This document shows, in pieces, positions 9,206 through 18,837 of a stretch of DNA of 64,000 nucleotides. This DNA is from an uncultured delta proteobacterium (lineage in GTDB: Bacteria; Myxococcota; Kuafuiibacteriia; Kuafuiibacteriales; Kuafuiibacteriaceae). Made by a program: the position numbers and the translations under genes. Under the pieces are notes generated by a model that ran no database searches, was not told the DNA's origin, and saw nothing but the letters and a program-made list of their open reading frames with translations. Where the stretch lies: assembly GCA_963803435.1 (NCBI GenBank), contig CAWDML010000006.1, positions 128,001 to 192,000 on the forward strand. Direction: 5' to 3'. Every line of letters starts with the position of its first letter. Positions within the stretch are counted from its first letter, which is position 1.

Positions 9206-9898
9206 CTACTTGCCGGCGAACGCGAAGTCGACGGTGCCGTTGCCGCCCGCGACCTTCACCTTACCCGTCTTCTCGCCGAGCGTCGGGTGCCACGCGACCA
9301 CGTCGTAGTCACCGTCGGGCAGATCCTGCGTGTCGATCTTGAACGCACCGTCGCCGCCGCTAGTGCCGAAGTACGGGTGCTCGAGGACGCCGGCCCAGGC
9401 GTGCATCCACGAGTGGACATCGCACTTGATGTCGACGGGCATCTGCTCCTTCTTGAACTCCTTGGTGATCCGCTGGCCCTGCTTGGGCATGGCCTGATTG
9501 AACTCGCCGCGCTTGGCGAACGCATGCACGTTGTGGAGCGTGGGGTCGCCGTTCACGATGTCGAACTTCTGCCCGACCATCACGCCAAAGACACGCGGCG
9601 TGTACTGGCAGTTCTTCTGGTCCATCTCGACGTGGGTCGCAGAGGCCTTGTACTTCTTCTTGGGCGGGTTCTTCACGTAGACGAACACCTCCGCCAGCTT
9701 TCCGCCGCTGGTGACCACGTCCATGGTCTTGGCGTCCTTGTTGAGGGCCTTGCACTTCGGATCGGAGCTCATGTCGATCGGCTTCGGAGCCGGCGCCTTA
9801 CCCGAGAAGGTCACGGTCCCGGTGATGTTGCCGGCGTGAGCGTTCGACCCGACGAGCAGGAACGCAGCTGCTGAGAGAAGCACGGAGGTCTTTCGCAT
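9206..9898 (-). CDS. Exported cupredoxin-like protein, paralog of 1145..1924
   Basis: Signal peptide AHA; HNVH...CDVHSWM; shared EFNQAMP segment. Confidence 0.78.
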   Translation of the reverse strand: MRKTSVLLSAAAFLLVGSNAHAGNITGTVTFSGKAPAPKPIDMSSDPKCKALNKDAKTMDVVTSGGKLAEVFVYVKNPPKKKYKASATHVEMDQKNCQYTPRVFGVMVGQKFDIVNGDPTLHNVHAFAKRGEFNQAMPKQGQRITKEFKKEQMPVDIKCDVHSWMHAWAGVLEHPYFGTSGGDGAFKIDTQDLPDGDYDVVAWHPTLGEKTGKVKVAGGNGTVDFAFAGK

Positions 9899-10031
9899 GG
9901 CGGTTTCAAACTCCCTGATGAGATCGGTGTCAAGTCTCCGATTCGACGGTGAGCACGGTGCATCGATTCATCGCGCCGATCAGAGATCCCCTGTTGCCAT
10001 GTTCTGCGCGTGTCTGGTTGGTTCGCCCCGC

Positions 10032-10865
10032 GTGGAGGCGTCCCGCCCGGAGACCTTCGAGCAGGCGCGAGAGCGGCTCACCTGGTTCGAGCGTTTCTCC
10101 ATCTTCTTCATCAAGAAGACGTTCGAAAACCCCGTTTTGGATCGACTCTTCCTCTGGTTCCAGCGCTACCCGGGCCGGTTCTGGGTCGACAAGTGCACGC
10201 AGAACATTCGACAGGCGCACGGCATCGAGCGCGTCGGACCGCTCGCGGAGAAGAAGAGCGTCATCCTGGTCTCGAACCATCGAAGCTTCTTCGACATGTT
10301 CGTCATCACGATGCTCCTGTACCGCCACGGCTTCAACCTGCGGCTGTTCTTCCCGGTGCGCGCCAACTTCTTCTACGACAACCCGCTGGGCCTGATGGTC
10401 AACGGCATCATGAGCTGGTTCTCGATGTACCCGCCCATCTTCCGCGAGCGAAAGCGCGCCACGCTGAACCACACCGCGCTCAGCGAGCTCGCCACCGCCG
10501 TCCGCGCGGGACGCTCCGCCGGGATCCACCCCGAAGGCACGCGAAAGAAGGACGATGATCCGTACACCTTCCTGCCGGCGCAGAGCGGCCTGGGACGCCT
10601 GATCTATCTGGCGCGCTGTGAGGTGATCCCGGTGTTCATCAACGGGCTCGGCAACAACCTCCCGAAGCAGGTGCTCGGCAACTTCACGAGAAGGGGCAAG
10701 ACGATCGTCGTGGTCTTCGGCCCGCCGGTCGACTTCGGCGACCTCCTGGACGCGCCGCCGACCGCGAAGACGTTCCACGCGATCGCCGAGCGGACGCTCG
10801 AGGTGATCGGCGAGCTGGGCCAGGAAGAGCGGAAGATCCGCACGGCGCTCGACGGCGGCGCGTGA
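10032..10865 (+). CDS. PlsC-family lysophospholipid acyltransferase
   Basis: NHRSFFD (HxxxxD) and PEGTR motifs; GTG start inferred. Confidence 0.88.
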   Translation: MEASRPETFEQARERLTWFERFSIFFIKKTFENPVLDRLFLWFQRYPGRFWVDKCTQNIRQAHGIERVGPLAEKKSVILVSNHRSFFDMFVITMLLYRHGFNLRLFFPVRANFFYDNPLGLMVNGIMSWFSMYPPIFRERKRATLNHTALSELATAVRAGRSAGIHPEGTRKKDDDPYTFLPAQSGLGRLIYLARCEVIPVFINGLGNNLPKQVLGNFTRRGKTIVVVFGPPVDFGDLLDAPPTAKTFHAIAERTLEVIGELGQEERKIRTALDGGA

Positions 10866-10924
10866 CCGCGGGCAAGGCGGCGGCTTCGGTTGGCTCGTCT
10901 CCGGGACTGTGCGAACAGGCGGCC

Positions 10925-11296
10925 ATGAGTCGCTTCCCCTTCTGTCTCCTCTTCCTCTTCGCGTGCGGCGGTGGATCACCGCCCGCGATCTCGAACCTGA
11001 GCATCGCCTCCGCCTCGCTGGCGGCCGGTGCCACCACGATGGGACAGCTCGACATCTCCGATCCCGACGGCCTGGACGGCCTCCGCCTCCGCCTCTCGTT
11101 CAGCGGACCGGCCAGCACCCAGGTCGAGGTCGACGTCCAGGGCGGCTCTTCGGACCTCACGGCCGCGACCACACCGTTCCTCTTCGGCGTGACCGCAGGC
11201 TCGCCGGAGGGGACCTACACGGTCTCTTTCGTCGCGATCGACGACACCGACCTCGAGAGCAACGTGCTCACGACGTCGCTCGAGATCGTCCCCTGA
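10925..11296 (+). CDS. Small beta-rich (Ig-like) lipoprotein
   Basis: Lipobox LFAC; beta-strand pattern ending GTYTVSFVAID...SNVL. Confidence 0.7.
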   Translation: MSRFPFCLLFLFACGGGSPPAISNLSIASASLAAGATTMGQLDISDPDGLDGLRLRLSFSGPASTQVEVDVQGGSSDLTAATTPFLFGVTAGSPEGTYTVSFVAIDDTDLESNVLTTSLEIVP

Positions 11297-11303
11297 GCCT
11301 CGG

Positions 11304-11741
11304 TCACCTGAACACGACCATCTCGAGCCAGCGCGAGAGCGCCCCCACCCACCGATCGTGGACGAGCTCGTCGAGACGCATCAGCTCCAGCCCCAGGGTG
11401 ACGAGAAGGACGAGGACCACGAGCGCCTGCTGGACGCTCGCCAGACACCGCGGCTGGGCGCGGGGCGCTGCGGTCGAGCGGGGCCGTCTCTTCACCCGCG
11501 TCGAGCGCTGGCCGGAGGCGGGCGTCAGGCTGTCGATCAACCTTCGGGAGGGGAGCCGCATCAGCGTCGCCCGCTCCGGATCGAAGGTCGCGTCGTCGAG
11601 CCTGCCCTGCACGATCCGCTTGGCAGCCGGAACGGAGAGGCCGGCCGCCAGGTGAACCGTGGTGCGATTCCTCCAGGGATCGCGGGGCTCGTCGGGGATC
11701 GTTCGGTCTTCGGGATCTGCGAGCGCGCGGGGCGATCTCAT
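11304..11741 (-). CDS. Hypothetical protein with C-terminal TM helix
   Basis: AAGGA SD before ATG, 14 nt downstream of ferredoxin; hydrophobic LVVLVLLVTLGL; no recognisable family. Confidence 0.35.
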   Translation of the reverse strand: MRSPRALADPEDRTIPDEPRDPWRNRTTVHLAAGLSVPAAKRIVQGRLDDATFDPERATLMRLPSRRLIDSLTPASGQRSTRVKRRPRSTAAPRAQPRCLASVQQALVVLVLLVTLGLELMRLDELVHDRWVGALSRWLEMVVFR

Positions 11742-11755
11742 GGCTGGTCCTTTCC

Positions 11756-12031
11756 TTACGGCCCCGGAGCGAAGACGAGCTCGCCCCGTTTGTTCTCCTT
11801 CTCCTTGAGCGACTCGGCGTCGGGGAGAGGCTCGCGCTTCTCGGTGATGACGGGCCACTCCTCCGCCAGCTTGGCGTTGAGCGCGATGTACTCGCAGGCA
11901 CCACAATCGATACATTCACCGGGATCGATCACCAGATAGTTGGCGCCCTCGTGAAAGCAGTCGACCGGACAGACGGCGACGCAGTCGGTGTATTTGCGCT
12001 TGATGCAGGGCTCGGCGACGACAAAGGTCAT
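11756..12031 (-). CDS. fdxA: 7Fe-type (FdxA-like) ferredoxin with an internal in-frame deletion; possibly a pseudogene
   Basis: [26 protein letters not shown]...ECIDCGACE|[16 protein letters not shown]; the PECP...AIF segment is absent. Confidence 0.8.
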   Translation of the reverse strand: MTFVVAEPCIKRKYTDCVAVCPVDCFHEGANYLVIDPGECIDCGACEYIALNAKLAEEWPVITEKREPLPDAESLKEKENKRGELVFAPGP

Positions 12032-12152
12032 GGGAGATCCTCCGTTGCGGGTGGGAGGGTCCTGCGGAGGGCGCGCAGCGGGGGTCGGGGCCGCGACGCG
12101 CCCCATGCAGGGCCGTTGGATCACGCTTCGTTGATTCCTCTCCTTTCCAGCT

Positions 12153-15068
12153 TCACTCGATGCTCTCCACGAATCGGACGAGCGCCTCGACCTCGCTGGT
12201 GCTGAGCGAGCGCGTGGCGCCGTGCACGTCGAAGTTCCCGAGGGCGTCCACCGCGAACCCGTTCTCGCCCTCCTCGAGCGCCGGATGACCGGGCCCGAGG
12301 ACCGCCTCGCGGACGGTGTGCGCCAGGCCGTGGCGGAGCAGGTTCGCCTGTGTCCAGACGCCGCGGAGCGAGGGCGTGTTGATCTGCGGCGAGCCGCGCA
12401 CCGTTCCGGGCATGAACTGCCGGTCGGGGTCGAGCAGGTTGACCTTGATGATCAGGTTCAACCGGCGCGTCTCCTCCTGCTGGTTGCCGCGGACGGCCAG
12501 CGGATCGTCGAACACCAGGCAGTTCGTGACGTCGAAGCAGAACGGGATGAAGTAGTCGATCGGGTCCAGGTAGATGTTGACCTCGTGGTCGGGGACGGAG
12601 GCCGAGATCGCGTCGAGCATCGTCTCGGAGAAGGCGCCGATCGTGCTCAGGATCCGCGGGTCGTTCGCGTACGTGTTGACGAACCGCGAGGTCCAGTCCG
12701 CGCCGGCCCCATGGTTGTGCCCGTCGACGTAGCCGTTCGTCGGATCGTGGCAGGCGGCGCAGCCGGCCGACTGGAAGATCTGGGCCCCCTGGGCGATGGC
12801 GTCGTGCGTCTCCTCGTCGAGGCCGCCGGTCTGATAGAGCTGCCGGAGCGGGTTCGGCGGCAGGCGGAGCTCGGCCACCGAATAGAAGTCGATGAGCCGT
12901 GCCAGCGTCTCGGTGTCGAAGCCCGTGGCCGCCTGGATCGCCTGGTCTCGGATCTGCTTCTCTTCGGCGACGATCTGGTCGACCGTACCCTGGTTCGCGA
13001 TCGCCCCCAGGCCGACGCTCTCGGGACGGCACTCGTCGTCGCGGCCGTTCGTGATCTGGTTGTTGGGATCGCCCACGCGCGTGGCCGGGTTCGAGCCGGG
13101 GCCCTCTACCAGGCCGAACGCCACCACCTCGCAGTTGGTGCGGGTTTGCGCGGCGAACGCGAGCGAGGTGTAGTTGCCGTTACCGAAGGAGCCGTTCCAG
13201 AAGTACGAGTTGGTCGTCATCAGGTTGTGGTTCGGCTTCACCTGGTGATAGCCGGTCGGCGCCTCGGCGCCGTTGCAGTAGCCGACACCGTCGGTGTCGA
13301 GCTCGTCGAAGTGGCAGGTGGCGCATGCCTTCCGGCCGTTGTTCGACCAGCTCGCGTCGTAATAGAAGAGCTCTCCGCGCTCGATGTTGGTGGCCGGGTA
13401 CGCCGGCTGCGCATAGCCGAGATCGATGGTGGCGTCCGGATCGCCGCCGTTACGGTCGAGGTCGAAGGCCTGGAGCGTCTCGCCGCCCCAGTTCGCGACG
13501 TACAGGCGGCTCTCGGTCCCGTCGAGCGCCAGCGCGAAAGGCCGCTCGGCGGTGCGGAACACACGCCCAGGCGTGAGCGTGAAGGGCCGCGAGTTGGTGT
13601 TGACCAGCAGCTCCTGCACCACCTTCGAACCGCCCATGGCCACGAAGATCGCGGTGCCGGCGTGGTTCCTGATCACCGCGTCCGGCAGCGCACCCGCCAG
13701 GATCTTCTGCTGGGCCACGTAGTTCGGCTCCGACGAGACGTCGTCGGTGAAGTAGAGCGACTGCGAGGTGCTCCGCAGCTGGAAGTCGAGCTGCATCAAC
13801 CCGTTCCGGACGTCCTCGAAGCCGTAGCTCCTGGACCCGTCGAAGAGCGCTCCCGGGTGCGCCTGATGGGGGGCGCCATCGAGGCCCTGGACGACCACCT
13901 TGTCGGCGAGGACCTGGATGGGGTGCTGCTCGTCGGAGGAGAGCAGCCCGCGGTCCGGCGTGGTGGTGGGGACGTAGAGGAGGTCGGAGATGTTCACCAC
14001 GTCGGCCGAGGGCGCGTTGATCGAGATCCGCGCCGAGACTGCGTCGGTGCCGAGCTCGATGCGCGCCACCTCACCGCCCTTGTTGTTGGCCACGAACAGC
14101 GCGTTCTGCTGCTCGCTGAGCGCCAGCCGCCAGGGGTTCGAGCCCACGCCGGTGATCTCCACCGGATCGTCGTACTGCAGGATGTTGATCGGCCGGTCGG
14201 TGGTGGGATCGCGGAGCACGCGGGTCCGGTACTTGATCACGCTGTGTCGCCAGCGGTTCGCGACGTAGAGGAACTGGCGATCGGGATCGGGCGAGCGCGG
14301 GCTCTCGGGGACGAACATCAGGTCGGCGCAGTAGTACTCGGTCTTGATCTCGACCGGGACGCCGTTGCTCGAGAGCAGCTGGTCGGTCGACGGATCGATG
14401 ACCGAGATGTAGTTCGAGAACTGGTTGCACACGAACACCAGCCCCGCCGGATGGATCGCCAGCCGCTGCGGCCGGAGGCCCACCTTCACCCGCGTGCGGA
14501 GCGCGTCACCGACGACCGCCGCCACCTCGTTGCCCGGCGTGGTCACGTCTCCGCCGAGCGGGACGTAGATCTTCTCGACGCCGTTGACGGTGACGACCTT
14601 CGCGTCCGAGGGATTGCCGCGGAACGGGATCAGCTGCGCGCGCTGTCGGTCGGCCGCCTCCGGGATCAGCTGCACCGGATCACTGCGGTTCGCGAACAGG
14701 AGCGCGATCTCGTCCATCTTCTGCGCCGCCGAGAGCAGCACGTTCTGGGTGGTGAAATCGTTGTCGCTCATGGTCACGCCGTCGCGCTGCATGCGCCCGT
14801 ACTCGGACCGCGGCGTCAGCCGATAGAGCGGGACCAGCGAGCCGCGGGTCCATACGGCCGGTGCCGGCGGGGGCGGCGGCGGGGGCGGGGGCGGCGGCGG
14901 ATCCACCGGCGGATCCACCGGCATCATCGGCATCTGACCGTCGTCCGGCGGCCGCGTCGGATCCGGCTGGTCGACCGGCGGCGGCTCCTGCTGCGGCCCG
15001 GGGGCCGTGATGTACTGCGTGCACGAGGCGAGAAATAGGACGAACGTCCAGGTGCTCGGGCGCTTCAT
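12153..15068 (-). CDS. Lipoprotein: YVTN/YncE-type beta-propeller fused to a diheme bCcP/MauG-family domain
   Basis: Lipobox LASC; propeller blades (VKVGLRP, FLYVAN, LFVANN, LYVANWG); CATCH, YFWNG, CAACH, TPSLRGV. Confidence 0.85.
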   Translation of the reverse strand: MKRPSTWTFVLFLASCTQYITAPGPQQEPPPVDQPDPTRPPDDGQMPMMPVDPPVDPPPPPPPPPPPPAPAVWTRGSLVPLYRLTPRSEYGRMQRDGVTMSDNDFTTQNVLLSAAQKMDEIALLFANRSDPVQLIPEAADRQRAQLIPFRGNPSDAKVVTVNGVEKIYVPLGGDVTTPGNEVAAVVGDALRTRVKVGLRPQRLAIHPAGLVFVCNQFSNYISVIDPSTDQLLSSNGVPVEIKTEYYCADLMFVPESPRSPDPDRQFLYVANRWRHSVIKYRTRVLRDPTTDRPINILQYDDPVEITGVGSNPWRLALSEQQNALFVANNKGGEVARIELGTDAVSARISINAPSADVVNISDLLYVPTTTPDRGLLSSDEQHPIQVLADKVVVQGLDGAPHQAHPGALFDGSRSYGFEDVRNGLMQLDFQLRSTSQSLYFTDDVSSEPNYVAQQKILAGALPDAVIRNHAGTAIFVAMGGSKVVQELLVNTNSRPFTLTPGRVFRTAERPFALALDGTESRLYVANWGGETLQAFDLDRNGGDPDATIDLGYAQPAYPATNIERGELFYYDASWSNNGRKACATCHFDELDTDGVGYCNGAEAPTGYHQVKPNHNLMTTNSYFWNGSFGNGNYTSLAFAAQTRTNCEVVAFGLVEGPGSNPATRVGDPNNQITNGRDDECRPESVGLGAIANQGTVDQIVAEEKQIRDQAIQAATGFDTETLARLIDFYSVAELRLPPNPLRQLYQTGGLDEETHDAIAQGAQIFQSAGCAACHDPTNGYVDGHNHGAGADWTSRFVNTYANDPRILSTIGAFSETMLDAISASVPDHEVNIYLDPIDYFIPFCFDVTNCLVFDDPLAVRGNQQEETRRLNLIIKVNLLDPDRQFMPGTVRGSPQINTPSLRGVWTQANLLRHGLAHTVREAVLGPGHPALEEGENGFAVDALGNFDVHGATRSLSTSEVEALVRFVESIE

Positions 15069-15070
15069 GA

Positions 15071-17245
15071 TTAGATACCTCCGTCGGGGCCGAGCTTGAT
15101 CACGAGCTCGCCGGTCGAATCGGTCAGGACGTTACCGAACTGATCGAAGAGCCTCAGCGTGAAACCGAAGCCCTGGTCGTCGGGCCGCTGCAGGACCTTG
15201 AGCAGGATCCGGGTCGTCGACTTGCCGTTGGCGAACGCCGGGAACACCGCCAGACCGGTCACACCGTTCGTCGCGTCGTCGGACTGCAGGATGGGTTGCT
15301 TGTCGACGAACAGCTTCACCGCGTTCGGTGAGGTGATGACCAGCTGGGCCTGGATGTCGTTGGCGCTCGCGTTCAGCACGTAGGCGGCGGCGTACGCGAT
15401 CCGTCCGGCGGTCTCCTGCCGGGGAAAGGCAGCGTTGAGGTCGACATCGCCGTCCTCGGAGAACAGCCCGTCCCACTTGCCGTCGTTGAAGAAGGAGGCT
15501 CCTGAAGGATCGAACATCTTCGGCAGGATGTTGACCTCGTCGACCGCCGTCGGGTCGGTGATCTGGGACCCCGAGAAGTCGCCGGCCACCAGCCAGTACT
15601 TCTCCAGCCCCTCGGCGTCCGGACGCAGGCCGCGCGCCCAGGTGAGGATGTCACGCGCCTGCGGCGAGTCGACCGTGAACGCCTCGCCGCCCGGGTGCGG
15701 TAGCCCCGTCGAGAACGGGTTGTCGAGGTTCGCGATCTCGTTCGTCGGGTAGAGGAACAGCGAGCTGCCCTCGGGCTGGATCACGTTCACGAAGTTGGCG
15801 GCCGAGCTGAAGTTGTAGGCGAGGCGCGCCGGGTCGGAGGCGTTCCCGATCATCGGGAAGTTCGAGCCGTTCGGTGCGCTCTGGCCGACCACCGCGACGC
15901 CGTGACAATCCGAGCAGGTCCGGTTCTGCGAGCCGCCGCCGATCGCGCTGGGGTCGCTGAAGATCGGGTTGATGCGACGGGCGAAGAACGCGAAGTCGAG
16001 CGGCGTGGCCGCGGTCTTGGCGGCGTACAGATAGGAGAGGATGCGCTCGTAGTTCTTGTCGGACGGGCTGGCGAAGATCGTCTCGCCCGGGTGCGGCGCG
16101 TGGCTGCAGGTGGGAAGGTTCGAGGGACAGGCGAGGATGTCCGAGGCCGTCGGATTGGTGAAGTTCACGAAGCAGGCGAACGCCGCCAGGTTCTGGGCCG
16201 GCGTGTTGCTGGCCTTGATCACCAGCGCGCCGCCGGTCCGATCCTGGCCGTGACAGGCCGAGCGACCGCAGCCGGTGGTCACGCGGGTATCGCTGCGATC
16301 GTTGAGGTCGACGGTTCCCAGGAGGATCGGCTCGATCTCGTCGGCGAAGGTGCCGAGATCGAAGTTCTCCACGCCCGGGCACCCTTGCGTGCCGGGGTTG
16401 TCGGTCGTCGGGACGTTGTCGTGTGCGACCTCGATCCAGTCGAGGATCGCGGCGCCTTCGTCTGGAGAGACCACGGCGGAGGTGCCGCTCGCGTGGAGGT
16501 TGGCCGCCTGCAGGTAGAACTTCGACTGCTCGGGGATCGAGAGGTCGCAGATCGAGGTGACCGCGGCGAAGTTGTCGAGCATCTCCTGGCTGCCGGGCTC
16601 GGCCCAGCGATGCACGGCGAAGCCGCCCACACCGCGAGCGGCGCCGTGGCAGTTGGTGGCGGAGCAGCCCACCTCTCCGGCCGTGTCGATGATGGGCTGG
16701 ATCGCAGTCTCGAAGACCGCGTAGTCGAACGGGCTGGCCGGCGCCGGCGGCGGCTCGACGGGCGCGCCCGGCGTCTGGGTCCAGGTGTCGCTGGCGTTGT
16801 CGAGGAAGTCGAGCATGTCCAGCAGGAACGGGTTGTCGGCGGCCCACTGCAGCGGGTGGGACGGGTCGCCACCCGAGACCGCCACGAACAGCGCGCTGTT
16901 GGTCGGATTCGCGAGGTCGACGTTGTCCTGCATCGAGTTGAAGGTCTGCGCGTAGGCGCAGTTACCGGGTGCGGCATCGAGCCACACCACGAAGCCCGGC
17001 GACTGGGAGGGGGGCGCGTGGCACTGGCCGCACTTCGCGATCAGCATCGGCAGGAGGCGCTCGCGGAACGAGGGCAGATCGAAGGGCCACCCGGGAGCGT
17101 GCTCCTGGTTGGACGCGATCTGGCACTCGGGCTGGGAGAGATCGGGGAGATCGAGCGGAGGAATGTCGGCGGGCACCGGCTCCTCCAGCACGACCTTCTT
17201 GCATCCAAGTAATAGCGAGAGGACGATGAAAGCTGTTCTACGCAT
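15071..17245 (-). CDS. Tetraheme c-type cytochrome lipoprotein made of four repeated domains plus a C-terminal beta-sandwich
   Basis: Lipobox LLGC; CGQCH, CSATNCH, CGRSACH, CSDCH, each in an F..I.P....C..CH...NF...P..S...H...IL.W-like repeat. Confidence 0.8.
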   Translation of the reverse strand: MRRTAFIVLSLLLGCKKVVLEEPVPADIPPLDLPDLSQPECQIASNQEHAPGWPFDLPSFRERLLPMLIAKCGQCHAPPSQSPGFVVWLDAAPGNCAYAQTFNSMQDNVDLANPTNSALFVAVSGGDPSHPLQWAADNPFLLDMLDFLDNASDTWTQTPGAPVEPPPAPASPFDYAVFETAIQPIIDTAGEVGCSATNCHGAARGVGGFAVHRWAEPGSQEMLDNFAAVTSICDLSIPEQSKFYLQAANLHASGTSAVVSPDEGAAILDWIEVAHDNVPTTDNPGTQGCPGVENFDLGTFADEIEPILLGTVDLNDRSDTRVTTGCGRSACHGQDRTGGALVIKASNTPAQNLAAFACFVNFTNPTASDILACPSNLPTCSHAPHPGETIFASPSDKNYERILSYLYAAKTAATPLDFAFFARRINPIFSDPSAIGGGSQNRTCSDCHGVAVVGQSAPNGSNFPMIGNASDPARLAYNFSSAANFVNVIQPEGSSLFLYPTNEIANLDNPFSTGLPHPGGEAFTVDSPQARDILTWARGLRPDAEGLEKYWLVAGDFSGSQITDPTAVDEVNILPKMFDPSGASFFNDGKWDGLFSEDGDVDLNAAFPRQETAGRIAYAAAYVLNASANDIQAQLVITSPNAVKLFVDKQPILQSDDATNGVTGLAVFPAFANGKSTTRILLKVLQRPDDQGFGFTLRLFDQFGNVLTDSTGELVIKLGPDGGI

Positions 17246-17288
17246 CGGTGCACTCCATTCAGTGGATCGAGGTCTCGCGGATGCCATC

Positions 17289-17303
17289 GCAAGCGCGGGG
17301 CCA
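17289..17303 (-). promoter_or_regulatory. Sigma54 (-24/-12) promoter for the cytochrome pair
   Basis: Minus strand reads TGGCCCCGCGCTTGC, matching TGGC-N7-TTGC; about 45 nt upstream of the GGAG-preceded ATG 17245. Confidence 0.65.
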
Positions 17304-17427
17304 GCGCCGATGTCTCTCCTTCGACGATCACGGGCTCGAGCGCGCCGCGCAGGCACCCGGCGCCGGTGAACGCGGGACGGACAAGACGCGAGTGCAAGTT
17401 ATCTTGCGTCAGCGGGCATGCGCGGGG

Positions 17428-17470
17428 TGTACGCTGAGCGTTCGGCGAGTTGTACGCTCAGCGTACAACT
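17428..17470. promoter_or_regulatory. Tandem palindromic operator/enhancer
   Basis: Perfect AGTTGTACGCT-C-AGCGTACAACT (17448-17470) and a degenerate copy TGTACGCT-G-AGCGTTCG 23 nt upstream. Confidence 0.7.
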
Positions 17471-17541
17471 TCGTGCTGGCGACGCCGTTCTCCACCATGG
17501 GGCGGACGGTCTCCGCCTAGTCAGCTCGGTGCCCCTGCTCT

Positions 17542-18834
17542 ATGGTGAAGGGCATGGATGGGAGCGGCAGCGAGACCGACCATGCCGACTTCCACGGTCC
17601 GCCCAGCACCTCGGGTCCGGCCCAGCTGATCCTGAGAGGAGCCGAAGGGATCGAGATCCGAACGCTCGGCGAGGGTGACCAGATGACCTTCGGCCGCTCT
17701 CGGAGCGCGTCCTATCCCATACCGGACTCCCGCGTCTCCCGCCTCCACGCGCAGATCCGGGTCGAGGAGGGCGCCATCTGGGTGGAGGACCTCGACAGCC
17801 GCAACGGCACGCTGGTCGGACGGTACCTCCTCCGCAAGGCCGAGCGCCGCGCGTTCGGCGGCGACCTGGTCCGCATCGGACCGCTCGAGGTGGTGGTCGC
17901 CCAGCTCGGCGGGGGCTGTGCGCAGCCCGACCGCGGCGGCCCGGACGGGATCGTGGTGGCGGATCCTTCGATGCGTCACGTCTTCGAGGTGGCGCGCCGC
18001 CTCTCCCAGACTCAGACCACCGTGTTGATCGTGGGCGAGACCGGCAGCGGCAAGGAAGTCGTGGCCGGGCAGATCCACCGATGGAGCGCGCGGGCGGCCG
18101 GACCGTTCGTGCGCCTCGGCTGCGCCAGCGTTCCCCCGGCCGTCCTCGAGGCCGAGCTGTTCGGCGTCGAGCCCAAGCGGGGGTTCTTCCACGCGGCGAA
18201 CGGCGGCACGCTGCTCCTCGACGAGATCGGCGAGCTCTCGCCGGAGGTGCAGACGAGGCTCCTCTCGTTCCTCGAGCACCCGGGCGGCGACGACCACCGG
18301 CTCGATGTGCGGATCCTCTGCGCGACCCACCGCGACCTCGACGAGGACGTGCGTAAGGGACGCTTCCGGCAGGACCTCTACTACCGCATCAACACGTTCA
18401 CGCTCCGCGTACCTCCGCTGCGGGAGCGGCCGGAAGAGATCCTGCTGCTGGCCGACCACCACGCCCGCGCGATCGGGAGGACGATGGGCGTCTCGGCCCC
18501 GACGATCGATCCTCAGGCCTGCGCCGCGCTCGCCCAGCACGTCTGGCCCGGCAACGTCCGCGAGCTCCGGAATGCGATCGAGCACGCGATAGTGCTCGCG
18601 TCGGACGGCGTGATCCGCACCGAGCACCTCCCCGACTCGGTGATCGGCCGACCGAGCCCTGCAGCCGAGGATCCGGGCAAGCTGGTGGATCGGATCGCGG
18701 ATGTCGAACGACAGACGATCCAGGAGGCGCTGCGACTGGAGAAGGGCAACCAGACCAGAGCGGCGCGGCGCCTCGGGATCACGCGGCGCGCGCTGGTCTA
18801 TCGGATCGATCGGCTCGGGCTTCGAGGCGAGTGA
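17542..18834 (+). CDS. FHA-AAA+-Fis HTH bEBP-like regulator lacking the GAFTGA loop
   Basis: FHA GR/SRLHA/SRNGT; GETGSGKE; LLDEIGEL; WPGNVREL; ELFGVEPKRGFF has no GAFTGA. Confidence 0.9.
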   Translation: MVKGMDGSGSETDHADFHGPPSTSGPAQLILRGAEGIEIRTLGEGDQMTFGRSRSASYPIPDSRVSRLHAQIRVEEGAIWVEDLDSRNGTLVGRYLLRKAERRAFGGDLVRIGPLEVVVAQLGGGCAQPDRGGPDGIVVADPSMRHVFEVARRLSQTQTTVLIVGETGSGKEVVAGQIHRWSARAAGPFVRLGCASVPPAVLEAELFGVEPKRGFFHAANGGTLLLDEIGELSPEVQTRLLSFLEHPGGDDHRLDVRILCATHRDLDEDVRKGRFRQDLYYRINTFTLRVPPLRERPEEILLLADHHARAIGRTMGVSAPTIDPQACAALAQHVWPGNVRELRNAIEHAIVLASDGVIRTEHLPDSVIGRPSPAAEDPGKLVDRIADVERQTIQEALRLEKGNQTRAARRLGITRRALVYRIDRLGLRGE

Positions 18835-18837
18835 TCC

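Noticed and set aside
14860-14925. G-rich runs as G-quadruplex or contingency repeats
   Set aside because: They encode a poly-Pro linker on the minus strand.
12222-15038. 938-aa plus-strand ORF and similar long antisense ORFs (82..1272, 19283..21646, 26202..28337)
   Set aside because: Shadow frames of real genes in high-GC DNA; Arg/Val-rich with no motifs.
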